From NCBI GenBank assembly GCA_028278225.1, contig JANQEU010000031.1:88347-152346 (forward strand): a stretch of 64,000 nucleotides of DNA, given 5' to 3'. The DNA comes from Cyclobacteriaceae bacterium. Lineage in GTDB: Bacteria > Bacteroidota > Bacteroidia > Cytophagales > Cyclobacteriaceae. The position numbers and the translations under genes were made by a program. Below are positions 46,503-54,740 of this stretch, piece by piece; position 1 is the first letter of the stretch; each line of letters begins with the position of its first letter. The notes under the pieces were generated by a model. It had not been told where the DNA came from. It was given only the letters and a program-made list of their open reading frames with translations, and did not search any database.

Positions 46503-46700
46503 TTTCTGAATGATGTAGATAATTAATGTAAGCAAGAGACTAATTAGTATAGAAGTAGCAAGTGGAAAATAAAATGAGAAATTTTCTCTTCTAAAATGAA
46601 AATCTCCTGGCAATCTTCCAAATGGAAGTTTCAGTCCGTAATGAACAGCAATGCCGATGATTATTAGCAATACCCCGATGAGAATAAATAATCTACCCAT
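46494..46700 (-). CDS. DUF2905 family small membrane protein
   Basis: 68 aa from ATG 46700 (MGRLFILIGVLLIIIGIAV ... RLPGDFHFRRENFSFYFPLATSILISLLL). The longer track ORF would run antisense into the neighbouring gene. Confidence 0.65.
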   Translation of the reverse strand: MGRLFILIGVLLIIIGIAVHYGLKLPFGRLPGDFHFRRENFSFYFPLATSILISLLLTLIIYIIQKLK

Positions 46701-47408
46701 ATGACGAAAGGGAAATTGTATCTGGTACCCTGCTACCTTTCCGAAGATAACAGTCCTGAGTTTATTGCTGATGAAGTTAAGGACATTATCAAAAAAACTT
46801 CGCATTTCGCAGTAGAGAATGTGAGATCAGCCAGAAGATTTATAAGTTCTTTGTCCATCGGTATAGATATTTCTTCATTGAGTTTCAGCGTACTTGACAA
46901 AAACTTCAATCCTTTGGATTGTAAGTCCCTATTTGAGCCGGTATACAACGGGCACGATTTAGGGATCATCTCTGAGGCCGGTCTTCCGGCAATAGCCGAT
47001 CCGGGCAATGTCGTAGTATCGTATGCACATGAAAATGATATTGAGGTTGTCGCACTGCCGGGAGCCTCCTCCATTTTAATGGGTCTTATTTCATCCGGAT
47101 TTAACGGGCAGCAATTCGTATTTCATGGATACCTTCCGATTGATAGCGGTCGACGAAAAAAAAAGATCCACCAAATGGAAAAAGAAGCCATTCAAACGGG
47201 ATATACGCAAATATTCATGGAAACTCCGTATCGCAACGTACAATTAATGGAATCTTTACTGGGCCACCTTCACCCGGATACCAAACTTTTTGCGGGCATC
47301 AACCTCAGCGGAAGAAATAAGATGGCAAAAACCATGAAGATCAAGGACTGGAAATTGCAAACACCGAAGAATCACAAAATTCCGACAGTCTATGCCATAG
47401 GAATTTGA
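46701..47408 (+). CDS. SAM-dependent methyltransferase, tetrapyrrole-methylase fold (RsmI-like)
   Basis: 235 aa beginning MTKGKLYLVPCYLSEDN, with ISEAGLPAIADPG and VALPGASS motifs characteristic of the TP-methylase fold. Confidence 0.65.
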   Translation: MTKGKLYLVPCYLSEDNSPEFIADEVKDIIKKTSHFAVENVRSARRFISSLSIGIDISSLSFSVLDKNFNPLDCKSLFEPVYNGHDLGIISEAGLPAIADPGNVVVSYAHENDIEVVALPGASSILMGLISSGFNGQQFVFHGYLPIDSGRRKKKIHQMEKEAIQTGYTQIFMETPYRNVQLMESLLGHLHPDTKLFAGINLSGRNKMAKTMKIKDWKLQTPKNHKIPTVYAIGI

Positions 47409-47445
47409 GGCATTGAGTTCATAATACTGTTTTAGAATATTCCCC

Positions 47446-47453
47446 TAAATTTG
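47446..47453 (+). promoter_or_regulatory. Candidate -7 promoter box (TAAATTTG) for metK
   Basis: Exact TAnnTTTG match, 19 nt upstream of ATG 47473. Confidence 0.45.
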
Positions 47454-47472
47454 CGGCCTTAATACCTTTTCA

Positions 47473-48726
47473 ATGTCATACCTTTTTACGTCAGAATCCG
47501 TTTCAGAAGGCCACCCGGATAAAGTCTCGGATCAAATTTCAGATGCCTTAATAGATCACTTTCTTGCTTTCGATCCCGATTCAAAAGTAGCTTGTGAGAC
47601 GTTGGTGACTACAGGTCTTGTCACACTTGCGGGTGAGGTAAAATCCAGGGCATATCTGGATGTACAGGAAATAGCGCGTGAAGTGATCAGGAAGATTGGA
47701 TATACCAAAAGTGAATATCAATTTGATTCGAACTCTTGTGCAGTGATTTCAGCTATTCATGAACAATCCGAGGACATAAACAGGGGAGTCGACAAAGCTA
47801 ATCCGGAGGACCAGGGAGCGGGTGACCAGGGAATGATGTTCGGTTACGCCACAGTTGAGACGGAAAATTATATGCCATTGGCACTTTACCTGTCACACAC
47901 GATCCTAAAGGAACTGGCCGCGCTGAGAAGAGAGAACAAAGAGATCACTTATTTGAGGCCCGATTCAAAATCCCAGGTCACGATCGAGTACGACGACAAT
48001 AATCATCCGATAAGAATCGATACCATAGTGGTCTCAACCCAACATGATGAATTCAATTCCGATGACGAAAAAATGTTGGGCAGGATCAAATCAGATATCA
48101 TCAATATTCTGATCCCAAGGGTGAAGGCGAAGGTGACTCCCGATATCCAAAAGCTGTTTAACAGCAACATAAAATATCACATTAACCCAACCGGTAAGTT
48201 CGTCATCGGAGGACCTCACGGGGATACGGGACTAACCGGCCGTAAGATCATTGTGGACACCTATGGCGGAAAAGGCGCCCACGGAGGAGGATCTTTTTCC
48301 GGTAAAGATCCGTCAAAAGTTGACAGGTCTGCAGCTTATGCAACCAGGCATATTGCAAAAAACCTGGTGGCTGCGGGCGTAGCTGATGAAGTGCTTGTCC
48401 AGGTCTCATATGCGATTGGAGTAGTGGAACCGATGGCTATTTATGTAAACACCTACGGCACCTCGAAGGTGAATATGACAGATGGGGAAATTGCTAACAA
48501 AGTCAGTGATATTTTTGATATGAGGCCTGCGGCCATTGAAAAAAGACTGAAACTCAGAGAACCCATTTACTCCGAAACAGCGGCCTATGGCCATATGGGA
48601 AGAACTCCTGAGAAAAAAACAGTCACATTCCGATCAGGACACAAGGAGGTATCTAAAGAGATCGAGACTTTTACCTGGGAAAAACTTGACTATATAGAAC
48701 AGGTCAAATCAGCATTTGATCTCTGA
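47473..48726 (+). CDS. metK: S-adenosylmethionine synthase
   Basis: 417 aa with [25 protein letters not shown] and [16 protein letters not shown]. Confidence 0.95.
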   Translation: MSYLFTSESVSEGHPDKVSDQISDALIDHFLAFDPDSKVACETLVTTGLVTLAGEVKSRAYLDVQEIAREVIRKIGYTKSEYQFDSNSCAVISAIHEQSEDINRGVDKANPEDQGAGDQGMMFGYATVETENYMPLALYLSHTILKELAALRRENKEITYLRPDSKSQVTIEYDDNNHPIRIDTIVVSTQHDEFNSDDEKMLGRIKSDIINILIPRVKAKVTPDIQKLFNSNIKYHINPTGKFVIGGPHGDTGLTGRKIIVDTYGGKGAHGGGSFSGKDPSKVDRSAAYATRHIAKNLVAAGVADEVLVQVSYAIGVVEPMAIYVNTYGTSKVNMTDGEIANKVSDIFDMRPAAIEKRLKLREPIYSETAAYGHMGRTPEKKTVTFRSGHKEVSKEIETFTWEKLDYIEQVKSAFDL

Positions 48727-49439
48727 TGTTTAGAATTCTTGCCTTTATGGCTCTGCTGACTTTCATGGGTTGCGCTGTGAAAGAAGATACCAAGAAGGTC
48801 GAAACAGAGATCATACCTGTTGCCCCTGGTCAATCGTTTACCGCTGGGTTTCTGATTGTTGATGGTGTATATAATTCTGAGCTTATGGCACCGTATGACA
48901 TTTTCCAACACACCATTTTCCATACAGATGGTGGAATCAAGGTTTTAACAGTGGCGCCACGGAAGGATACCATAACTACCTTTGAAGGGTTGAAAATTCT
49001 TCCTGACTTCGATTTTTTGGATGTTCCGGAAATCGATATCCTGGTTGTCCCCAGTGCTGAGCACAGCATGGATTCAGACCTTGAAAATATCGAACTTATT
49101 GAATTTGTGAGAAAAGTTGGGAAGAGTGCCGATTACTGCCTTTCTCTTTGTGACGGAGCCTTTGTCCTGGCAAAGTCCGGTCTTGTAAATGGCAAGGAAT
49201 CTACCACCTTCCCATCGGATGTGGAAAGGTATCGAAATATGTTCCCGGAACTGGTGGTACATGAGGGCATCAGCTTCGTACACGATCAAAATTTGCTGAC
49301 TTCAGTGGGTGGCGCCAAATCATATGATGTTGCGCTTTACCTGGTTCACCACTTGTATGGTCAAAAGGTCGCCATAAACGTGGCAAAAGGATTGGTAATT
49401 GACTGGGATATTTCCAATTACAAGTTTATCCGGAAGTAA
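48726..49439 (+). CDS. DJ-1/PfpI family protein with lipoprotein-type signal
   Basis: 237 aa with the signal/lipobox-like [16 protein letters not shown] and the nucleophile-elbow Cys in LSLCDGAFVLA. Its ATG overlaps the metK TGA (TGATG). Confidence 0.75.
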   Translation: MFRILAFMALLTFMGCAVKEDTKKVETEIIPVAPGQSFTAGFLIVDGVYNSELMAPYDIFQHTIFHTDGGIKVLTVAPRKDTITTFEGLKILPDFDFLDVPEIDILVVPSAEHSMDSDLENIELIEFVRKVGKSADYCLSLCDGAFVLAKSGLVNGKESTTFPSDVERYRNMFPELVVHEGISFVHDQNLLTSVGGAKSYDVALYLVHHLYGQKVAINVAKGLVIDWDISNYKFIRK

Positions 49440-49492
49440 CGAGATAACCGGGGCTCAACTTCACTCTGATTTAGGCCCTTCTAACTGTCATT

Positions 49493-50512
49493 TCATTCGA
49501 AGTCCAGATTTCCCTTTTCTCCTCCAAACATTACATTTTCTACTCCCTCCTGGCCCAAAAAGTCATGAGGAAAGCCCAATTCAATTTCACTTACCTTGTT
49601 CAATTTCGCCATTTGCTTTCCTGGGATAGTAATATTGCCGGCATCGATGCAGTCCCTGATTTGATCCGGTTTTCTTGCTCCGACGATCGGCACGGACTTG
49701 AAATCCTGATCCATGGTCCATCTTATTGCGACTTGCGCAGGGGTAACTCCCAGGTTTTGAGCCACACCCACCACTGCTTTGGCTATCTTTAAGCTTCGAT
49801 TATCACGGCGTTCGCTATCCTCCTTGATTCTTCCGGCCGAATCCCCCTGCAAATATTTCCCAGTTAAAACTCCACCACCTAAAGGCGCCCATGGCGTGAC
49901 AGTCATGTCAAATGACCTGGCCATCGGTATTAAATCACGTTCTGCGGTCCTTTGGATCAGGCTATATTCTATTTGAAGGCCCACAAATTTAGACCAGCCT
50001 TTAAATTCAGCCATAGTATTCGCCTGTGCCACTATCCATGCAGGCGTATCCGATATGCCTATATAGTGAACTTTTCCCTGTGAAATCAGGTCTTCAAATC
50101 CGCGCATTATCTCATCTACCTGTGTCGTTCCGTCCCAGGCGTGTAACCATAGCAAGTCAATAAAATCAGTATTAAGTCTACCCAAACTTGCTTCCACAGA
50201 ACGCATCATGTTTTTGCGATGATTTCCACTGAAATTGAGGTCCCCCAATTTATCGTATAATCCATACTTCGTTGCAAGAACAAAATGATCTCTTTCCGAC
50301 CTGACAAATTCCCCTACAAATTTTTCGCTTGTCCCCTCAGTATACCTGTTGGCGGTATCAATGAAATTACCTCCTGCATCAGCGTAGCAATCGAATATTT
50401 GTTTGCTCACCGACTTATCAGCACCCCAGCCCCATTCCGTACCGAAGGTCATGGTACCCAGACAAATTTCTGAGACACGTAATCCCGATTTTCCAAACAA
50501 TTTATGCTTCAT
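49493..50512 (-). CDS. Aldo/keto reductase
   Basis: 339 aa with LGTMTFG, IDTANRY and HYIGISDTPAW, typical of the AKR (Tas/YajO-like) family. Confidence 0.85.
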   Translation of the reverse strand: MKHKLFGKSGLRVSEICLGTMTFGTEWGWGADKSVSKQIFDCYADAGGNFIDTANRYTEGTSEKFVGEFVRSERDHFVLATKYGLYDKLGDLNFSGNHRKNMMRSVEASLGRLNTDFIDLLWLHAWDGTTQVDEIMRGFEDLISQGKVHYIGISDTPAWIVAQANTMAEFKGWSKFVGLQIEYSLIQRTAERDLIPMARSFDMTVTPWAPLGGGVLTGKYLQGDSAGRIKEDSERRDNRSLKIAKAVVGVAQNLGVTPAQVAIRWTMDQDFKSVPIVGARKPDQIRDCIDAGNITIPGKQMAKLNKVSEIELGFPHDFLGQEGVENVMFGGEKGNLDFE

Positions 50513-50527
50513 CTTACCAAGGTTTGA

Positions 50528-51220
50528 TTACCATTTTATTACTTTCTTATCCCTATAAAATTTACCACTTGAAATGTCATGACCCGTCGCCAGCCAGATG
50601 GCTGTTTCAGCACCCTTCTCAACAGATCTGGTGGCCCCACTTCCTCCCATGTCCGTACGTACCCAGCCAGGGCACATGGTACTAATTTTAATCGAAGAAA
50701 GTTCGCTTGCCAGCATCTTGGTTAAGGAATTTAATGCAGTTTTCGAAACCCTGTACGCCGGGTAGCCTCCTCCCATCTCATTTAGTGCACCCATCCCGCT
50801 GGATATATTGATTATCCGCGGATCACTACTTTTCCTAAGAAATGGCAGGATACCGATTATCAACTGCCAAGGGCCGTAGAAGTTGACCTGCATCGTGTCA
50901 TGTACGATATCGAAGTCGACCCGATGAGCTTGTTGATTGCCATCCAAATACACGCCCGCATTGTTGATCAAAACATCCACTTCAGGAGCTGTATCACCCA
51001 GTTTCCTTATAAAATCAGATATACTGACTTCATTCGCCACATCCAATTCTAAAAAATCCACATCGTAGCCAAGCTTGCGGAGTTCACTTGCAGCATTGGA
51101 TCCTTTTATCGCATTTCGAGCGGTAAGTAAAACTTCCCATTTGAGAGCCCCCAGTTGCCTGGCGATTTCAAATCCAATTCCACGGTTTGCTCCAGTAACG
51201 ACCGCAGTCTTTTGGTTCAT
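50528..51220 (-). CDS. SDR family oxidoreductase (carbonyl-reductase-like)
   Basis: 230 aa with TGANRGIGFEIA, NNAG and YRVSK. Confidence 0.85.
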   Translation of the reverse strand: MNQKTAVVTGANRGIGFEIARQLGALKWEVLLTARNAIKGSNAASELRKLGYDVDFLELDVANEVSISDFIRKLGDTAPEVDVLINNAGVYLDGNQQAHRVDFDIVHDTMQVNFYGPWQLIIGILPFLRKSSDPRIINISSGMGALNEMGGGYPAYRVSKTALNSLTKMLASELSSIKISTMCPGWVRTDMGGSGATRSVEKGAETAIWLATGHDISSGKFYRDKKVIKW

Positions 51221-51229
51221 AACATGAAG

Positions 51230-52393
51230 TTAACCCAAAAATGAGATCAATACACCTGCAGCCACTGCAGATCCGATGACCCCCGATATGTTGGATGCCA
51301 TCGCGTATTGAAGTAGATGGTTACTTGGATCATGTTTCAGGGCTATGTCATTTGCCACCCTGGATGCCATTGGAACGGCGCTTAATCCAGTTGCGCCTAT
51401 CAGTGGGTTGATCTTCTTGCTGGCTATCAAATTGTAAATTTTTACAGCAAAAACTCCTCCTGCAATTGAAATGGCGAATGCGACAAATCCACCGACGATA
51501 ATCAGTAAAGTTTCGATATTCAAAAAAGCTTTTGCAGTCATAGTGGCACCTACAGCCAACCCCAGAAAAACGGTTGCGGCGTTCAGGATGGTGTCTGAGG
51601 CCGCTTTATGAAGCCGTCCTGTAATTGCACCAATTTCCTTCACGAGGTTTCCGAACATCAACATGCCTAAAAGTGGTACCGAAGAAGGCACAATTAAGGC
51701 AACTACCGTTCCTATTGCTATAGGGAAGAGGATCTTCAATGCCTGAATATTTTTAATTGGCCTTTTATTGGGAAAGCGCTTATCCTGTTCCTTCATGTTG
51801 ATCCTGAGTTCCTCCTTTGTAGTGGTTAACCTTACAACAAAAGGAATAATCACGGGTACGAGTGCCATATACGAGTACGCGGCAATAGCAATTGGCCCGA
51901 GAAGATGAGGCGCTAGTATAATTGTAGTATAAATAGCGGTTGGTCCATCAGCTCCTCCTATTATCCCAAGTGAAGCAGATTCCTTGAGCGTGAACCCAAA
52001 AGCCACAGCGGAAATCAACACTGTAAAAATTCCGATCTGGGCTGCTGCTCCAAAAAAAGCAAGCCTCAAATTCCTCAGCATCGGACCAAAATCCGTCAGT
52101 GCTCCGACTCCCAGAAATATTATGGGAGGAAGGAATCCAGTCTTTATCAGGGAATAGTAGATAAAGTTCATTATGCCATGCTGATTGGCAATCTGGTAGA
52201 GTGTAAGGGATTCATCCACTTTGTCAACACCCATCGATCCTCCCGGGAAATTGGCCAGAAGCATACCAAATGCAATCGGAACCAGGAGAAGGGGCTCATA
52301 TTGCTTTTTTATCCCCAGGTAAAGGAGAAAAAATGCAATCAAAAGCATAAGGAAAATTTGAGGCTGCTCTGCAATATTTTGCAGCGCCGTCAT
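51230..52393 (-). CDS. oadB: Sodium-translocating decarboxylase beta subunit
   Basis: A polytopic protein with EPLLLVPIAFGMLLANFPG and GGADGPTAIY, characteristic of OadB/MmdB/GcdB. The first ATG is 52393; the track start at 52420 is TTG. Confidence 0.88.
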   Translation of the reverse strand: MTALQNIAEQPQIFLMLLIAFFLLYLGIKKQYEPLLLVPIAFGMLLANFPGGSMGVDKVDESLTLYQIANQHGIMNFIYYSLIKTGFLPPIIFLGVGALTDFGPMLRNLRLAFFGAAAQIGIFTVLISAVAFGFTLKESASLGIIGGADGPTAIYTTIILAPHLLGPIAIAAYSYMALVPVIIPFVVRLTTTKEELRINMKEQDKRFPNKRPIKNIQALKILFPIAIGTVVALIVPSSVPLLGMLMFGNLVKEIGAITGRLHKAASDTILNAATVFLGLAVGATMTAKAFLNIETLLIIVGGFVAFAISIAGGVFAVKIYNLIASKKINPLIGATGLSAVPMASRVANDIALKHDPSNHLLQYAMASNISGVIGSAVAAGVLISFLG

Positions 52394-52453
52394 CCGATAC
52401 AACTTTTCGAGTAGTTCCAAAACTGAATTAGATATTTATAAAATGCCTTATGA

Positions 52454-54331
52454 CTAATTCAGTTTAAATAAAACATCGTCATCCAGTACGTCATCACCAT
52501 CGTTGACAAGTATCTCAACCACCGTGCCCTCCTGATCCGCTTTTACCGCGTTCGTCACCTTCATTGCCTCGATGTAACATACCACATCCCCAACTTTGAC
52601 CTTATCACCTACTTTCAATGGACTTTCCGAAGAATCTTTTGTCATGTAGATCTTTCCTTCCAGCGGCGCAATCAGCTCTTTTGTGGAACCGTTAGTACTT
52701 AACGACGGAGTTGGAACTTCCTTTGTCTCCGGTTGAGCTGGGGAACCGGCCACATCGTCATCGTATGAGACCGAAACCCTGAATTTTTCACCGTTCACGT
52801 CTATGTTCAGGGTTCTTGGCTGATAATCAGCTGATCCTGCAGGCGCGACCTTTGCAGGTTGTACATCTTTTTTAGATCTTCTTTCCTCCAGGTCTTTATC
52901 AAATGCAGCCTTAGTCTTACCAGACTTGTAGTCCTCATATTGCTGAGGATGCATAGCGTATTCGAATAACTCCTCATCATCCGGCCCGGTTTCCCAACCC
53001 TGCTCTGACATCTTGGTTCTAAATTCATCCAGGGCATCCGGTTGCAGGTCTTGCGGATCCCCATCAAAAAATTCTCTTCCCTGTTCCTTCGCAAGTTTTG
53101 TCAAATCATCCCCTACTTCTCCAGGCACACGCCCTGATTTTCCCAGGATCATATCCCAGGTATTATCATCCAGCAGTGACCATCGCTGCTTTCCCTTCAT
53201 CATTTGCATGACATTCACGAGTGCCGCATTCTTAACATATTGACTAAATGGGGTAACCAGCGGCGGATAACCCATCATTGGCCAAATTACCTCTACCTCA
53301 TTGAAAAGGGCAATTAGCAGGTCGTCCTGTGAAACTTCCGGTTTGCCGTTTTTATTCATCCATTTATTCAGGCTGATCAGATTTTTCTCCAGGTCAGCCA
53401 TCAAGCTTCCCATCATACCACCAGGGAGTCCCGGACCAATGAGCAATGAATTCATTAACCTGTTTTTCGGATTGATGTAATATCCGAGAAAGTCATCAAT
53501 AAACTCCTGTGTAAGTGACCGGGCCTGCATGTAGGCTTTCATATTGATGTCCGGAAGGGAAAATCCGGCATCTTTCAACATTTCATGGACAGTCAAAAGA
53601 TCAGCGTGAACCGTACCGAAAGAAAGTGGTTCCATAGCCACATCGATAATGTCTGCCCCTTTTCTGGCCGCTTCCAAAGAGGAGGCCACAGAAAAACCCG
53701 GCCCCGAATGTCCATGATACTGTACTATTATGTCTTTCTTAATGGCCTTGATCCCCTCAACCAGTCGGCCGATTGATGCTGGTCTACCGATCCCCGCCAT
53801 GTCCTTGATAGCTATTTCATCAGCACCCATATCTATTAACTCCCCAGCCATATTTATGAAATAATCAACGGTATGGAGCTTCGAATGCGTTATACAAAGG
53901 GCCGTTTGAGAAATCATTCCGCCCTCTTTCGCATAGTCAATTGACAACTTGAGATTGCGGGTGTCGTTCAACCCGTCAAAGGACCTTGAAATGTCTGTCC
54001 CCTGGATTTTCTTGAGCCTAAACATCAACCTTCGAACATCCCTTGGCACAGGATACATCCTTAAACCATTCAATCCTCGCTCCAGCATATGGGTCTGGAT
54101 CCCCGCATCATTGAAGGCCTGCGTCCATTCTCTGACTGACTTATTGGGATTTTCTCCTAATAGCAGGTTGATCTGCTCAAATCCCCCGCCATTTGTCTCA
54201 ACCCGTTGAAAGCAACCCATCTCAACGATAGGTTCCGCGACTCTGACCAATTGGTCAACCCTTGGCATATACTTCCCAGAAGATTGCCACATGTCTCTAT
54301 AGATCAGACTTAAGCCAATTTCCTTTGCCAT
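52454..54331 (-). CDS. oadA: Oxaloacetate decarboxylase alpha subunit (carboxyltransferase + biotinyl domain)
   Basis: 625 aa. The TIM-barrel carboxyltransferase part carries IKDMAG (carbamylated-Lys motif) and YHGHSG (metal His pair). The C-terminal biotinyl domain carries IEAMKV. Confidence 0.8.
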   Translation of the reverse strand: MAKEIGLSLIYRDMWQSSGKYMPRVDQLVRVAEPIVEMGCFQRVETNGGGFEQINLLLGENPNKSVREWTQAFNDAGIQTHMLERGLNGLRMYPVPRDVRRLMFRLKKIQGTDISRSFDGLNDTRNLKLSIDYAKEGGMISQTALCITHSKLHTVDYFINMAGELIDMGADEIAIKDMAGIGRPASIGRLVEGIKAIKKDIIVQYHGHSGPGFSVASSLEAARKGADIIDVAMEPLSFGTVHADLLTVHEMLKDAGFSLPDINMKAYMQARSLTQEFIDDFLGYYINPKNRLMNSLLIGPGLPGGMMGSLMADLEKNLISLNKWMNKNGKPEVSQDDLLIALFNEVEVIWPMMGYPPLVTPFSQYVKNAALVNVMQMMKGKQRWSLLDDNTWDMILGKSGRVPGEVGDDLTKLAKEQGREFFDGDPQDLQPDALDEFRTKMSEQGWETGPDDEELFEYAMHPQQYEDYKSGKTKAAFDKDLEERRSKKDVQPAKVAPAGSADYQPRTLNIDVNGEKFRVSVSYDDDVAGSPAQPETKEVPTPSLSTNGSTKELIAPLEGKIYMTKDSSESPLKVGDKVKVGDVVCYIEAMKVTNAVKADQEGTVVEILVNDGDDVLDDDVLFKLN

Positions 54332-54335
54332 ATCT

Positions 54336-54587
54336 TTATTCGTTTTCTCTTTCTATTTTAGTAATTGTTCCTTTGCCTTTCGTAACGGTATCAACAGTGG
54401 CTGTGATAGCAGCAATTGCAGGTCCTGATCCTGCCTCAGTATGGGGAGGTCCCCCAGTTGCAGGAAGGAACCTGTTGACAAATCGGATAAGCAGGTTTCC
54501 GGTCAAGACTACCAGTGTCAATACCACAAAGACAGTAATCATCCCAATGACCAGAAGTGAAAATGCCGTTGAAAATGCCTCACTCAT
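54336..54587 (-). CDS. oadG: OadG-family gamma subunit
   Basis: 83 aa from ATG 54587 (MSEAFSTAFSLLVIGMITVFVVLTLVVLTGNLLIRFVNRF), with a single TM anchor and a size typical of OadG. The track start at 54638 is GTG. Confidence 0.7.
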   Translation of the reverse strand: MSEAFSTAFSLLVIGMITVFVVLTLVVLTGNLLIRFVNRFLPATGGPPHTEAGSGPAIAAITATVDTVTKGKGTITKIERENE

Positions 54588-54740
54588 CCGACGACCATTT
54601 AAGAAGGCGAAATTACTACCCGAAAAGGGATTATCCACGAAAGAGGGAGAATGATTACACGAATTTTGGAATTATTACCTAATAAATATGAAAAAAGCAG
54701 GTTTCGGCCGGATTTGTATAAATTTCCAGCGGGCCTCGAA

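Noticed and set aside
47409-47472. A SAM riboswitch upstream of metK.
   Set aside because: Only 64 nt separate metK from the previous gene, and 27 of those lie at or downstream of the putative -7 box. This is too short for any SAM riboswitch class, and no conserved helices were seen.
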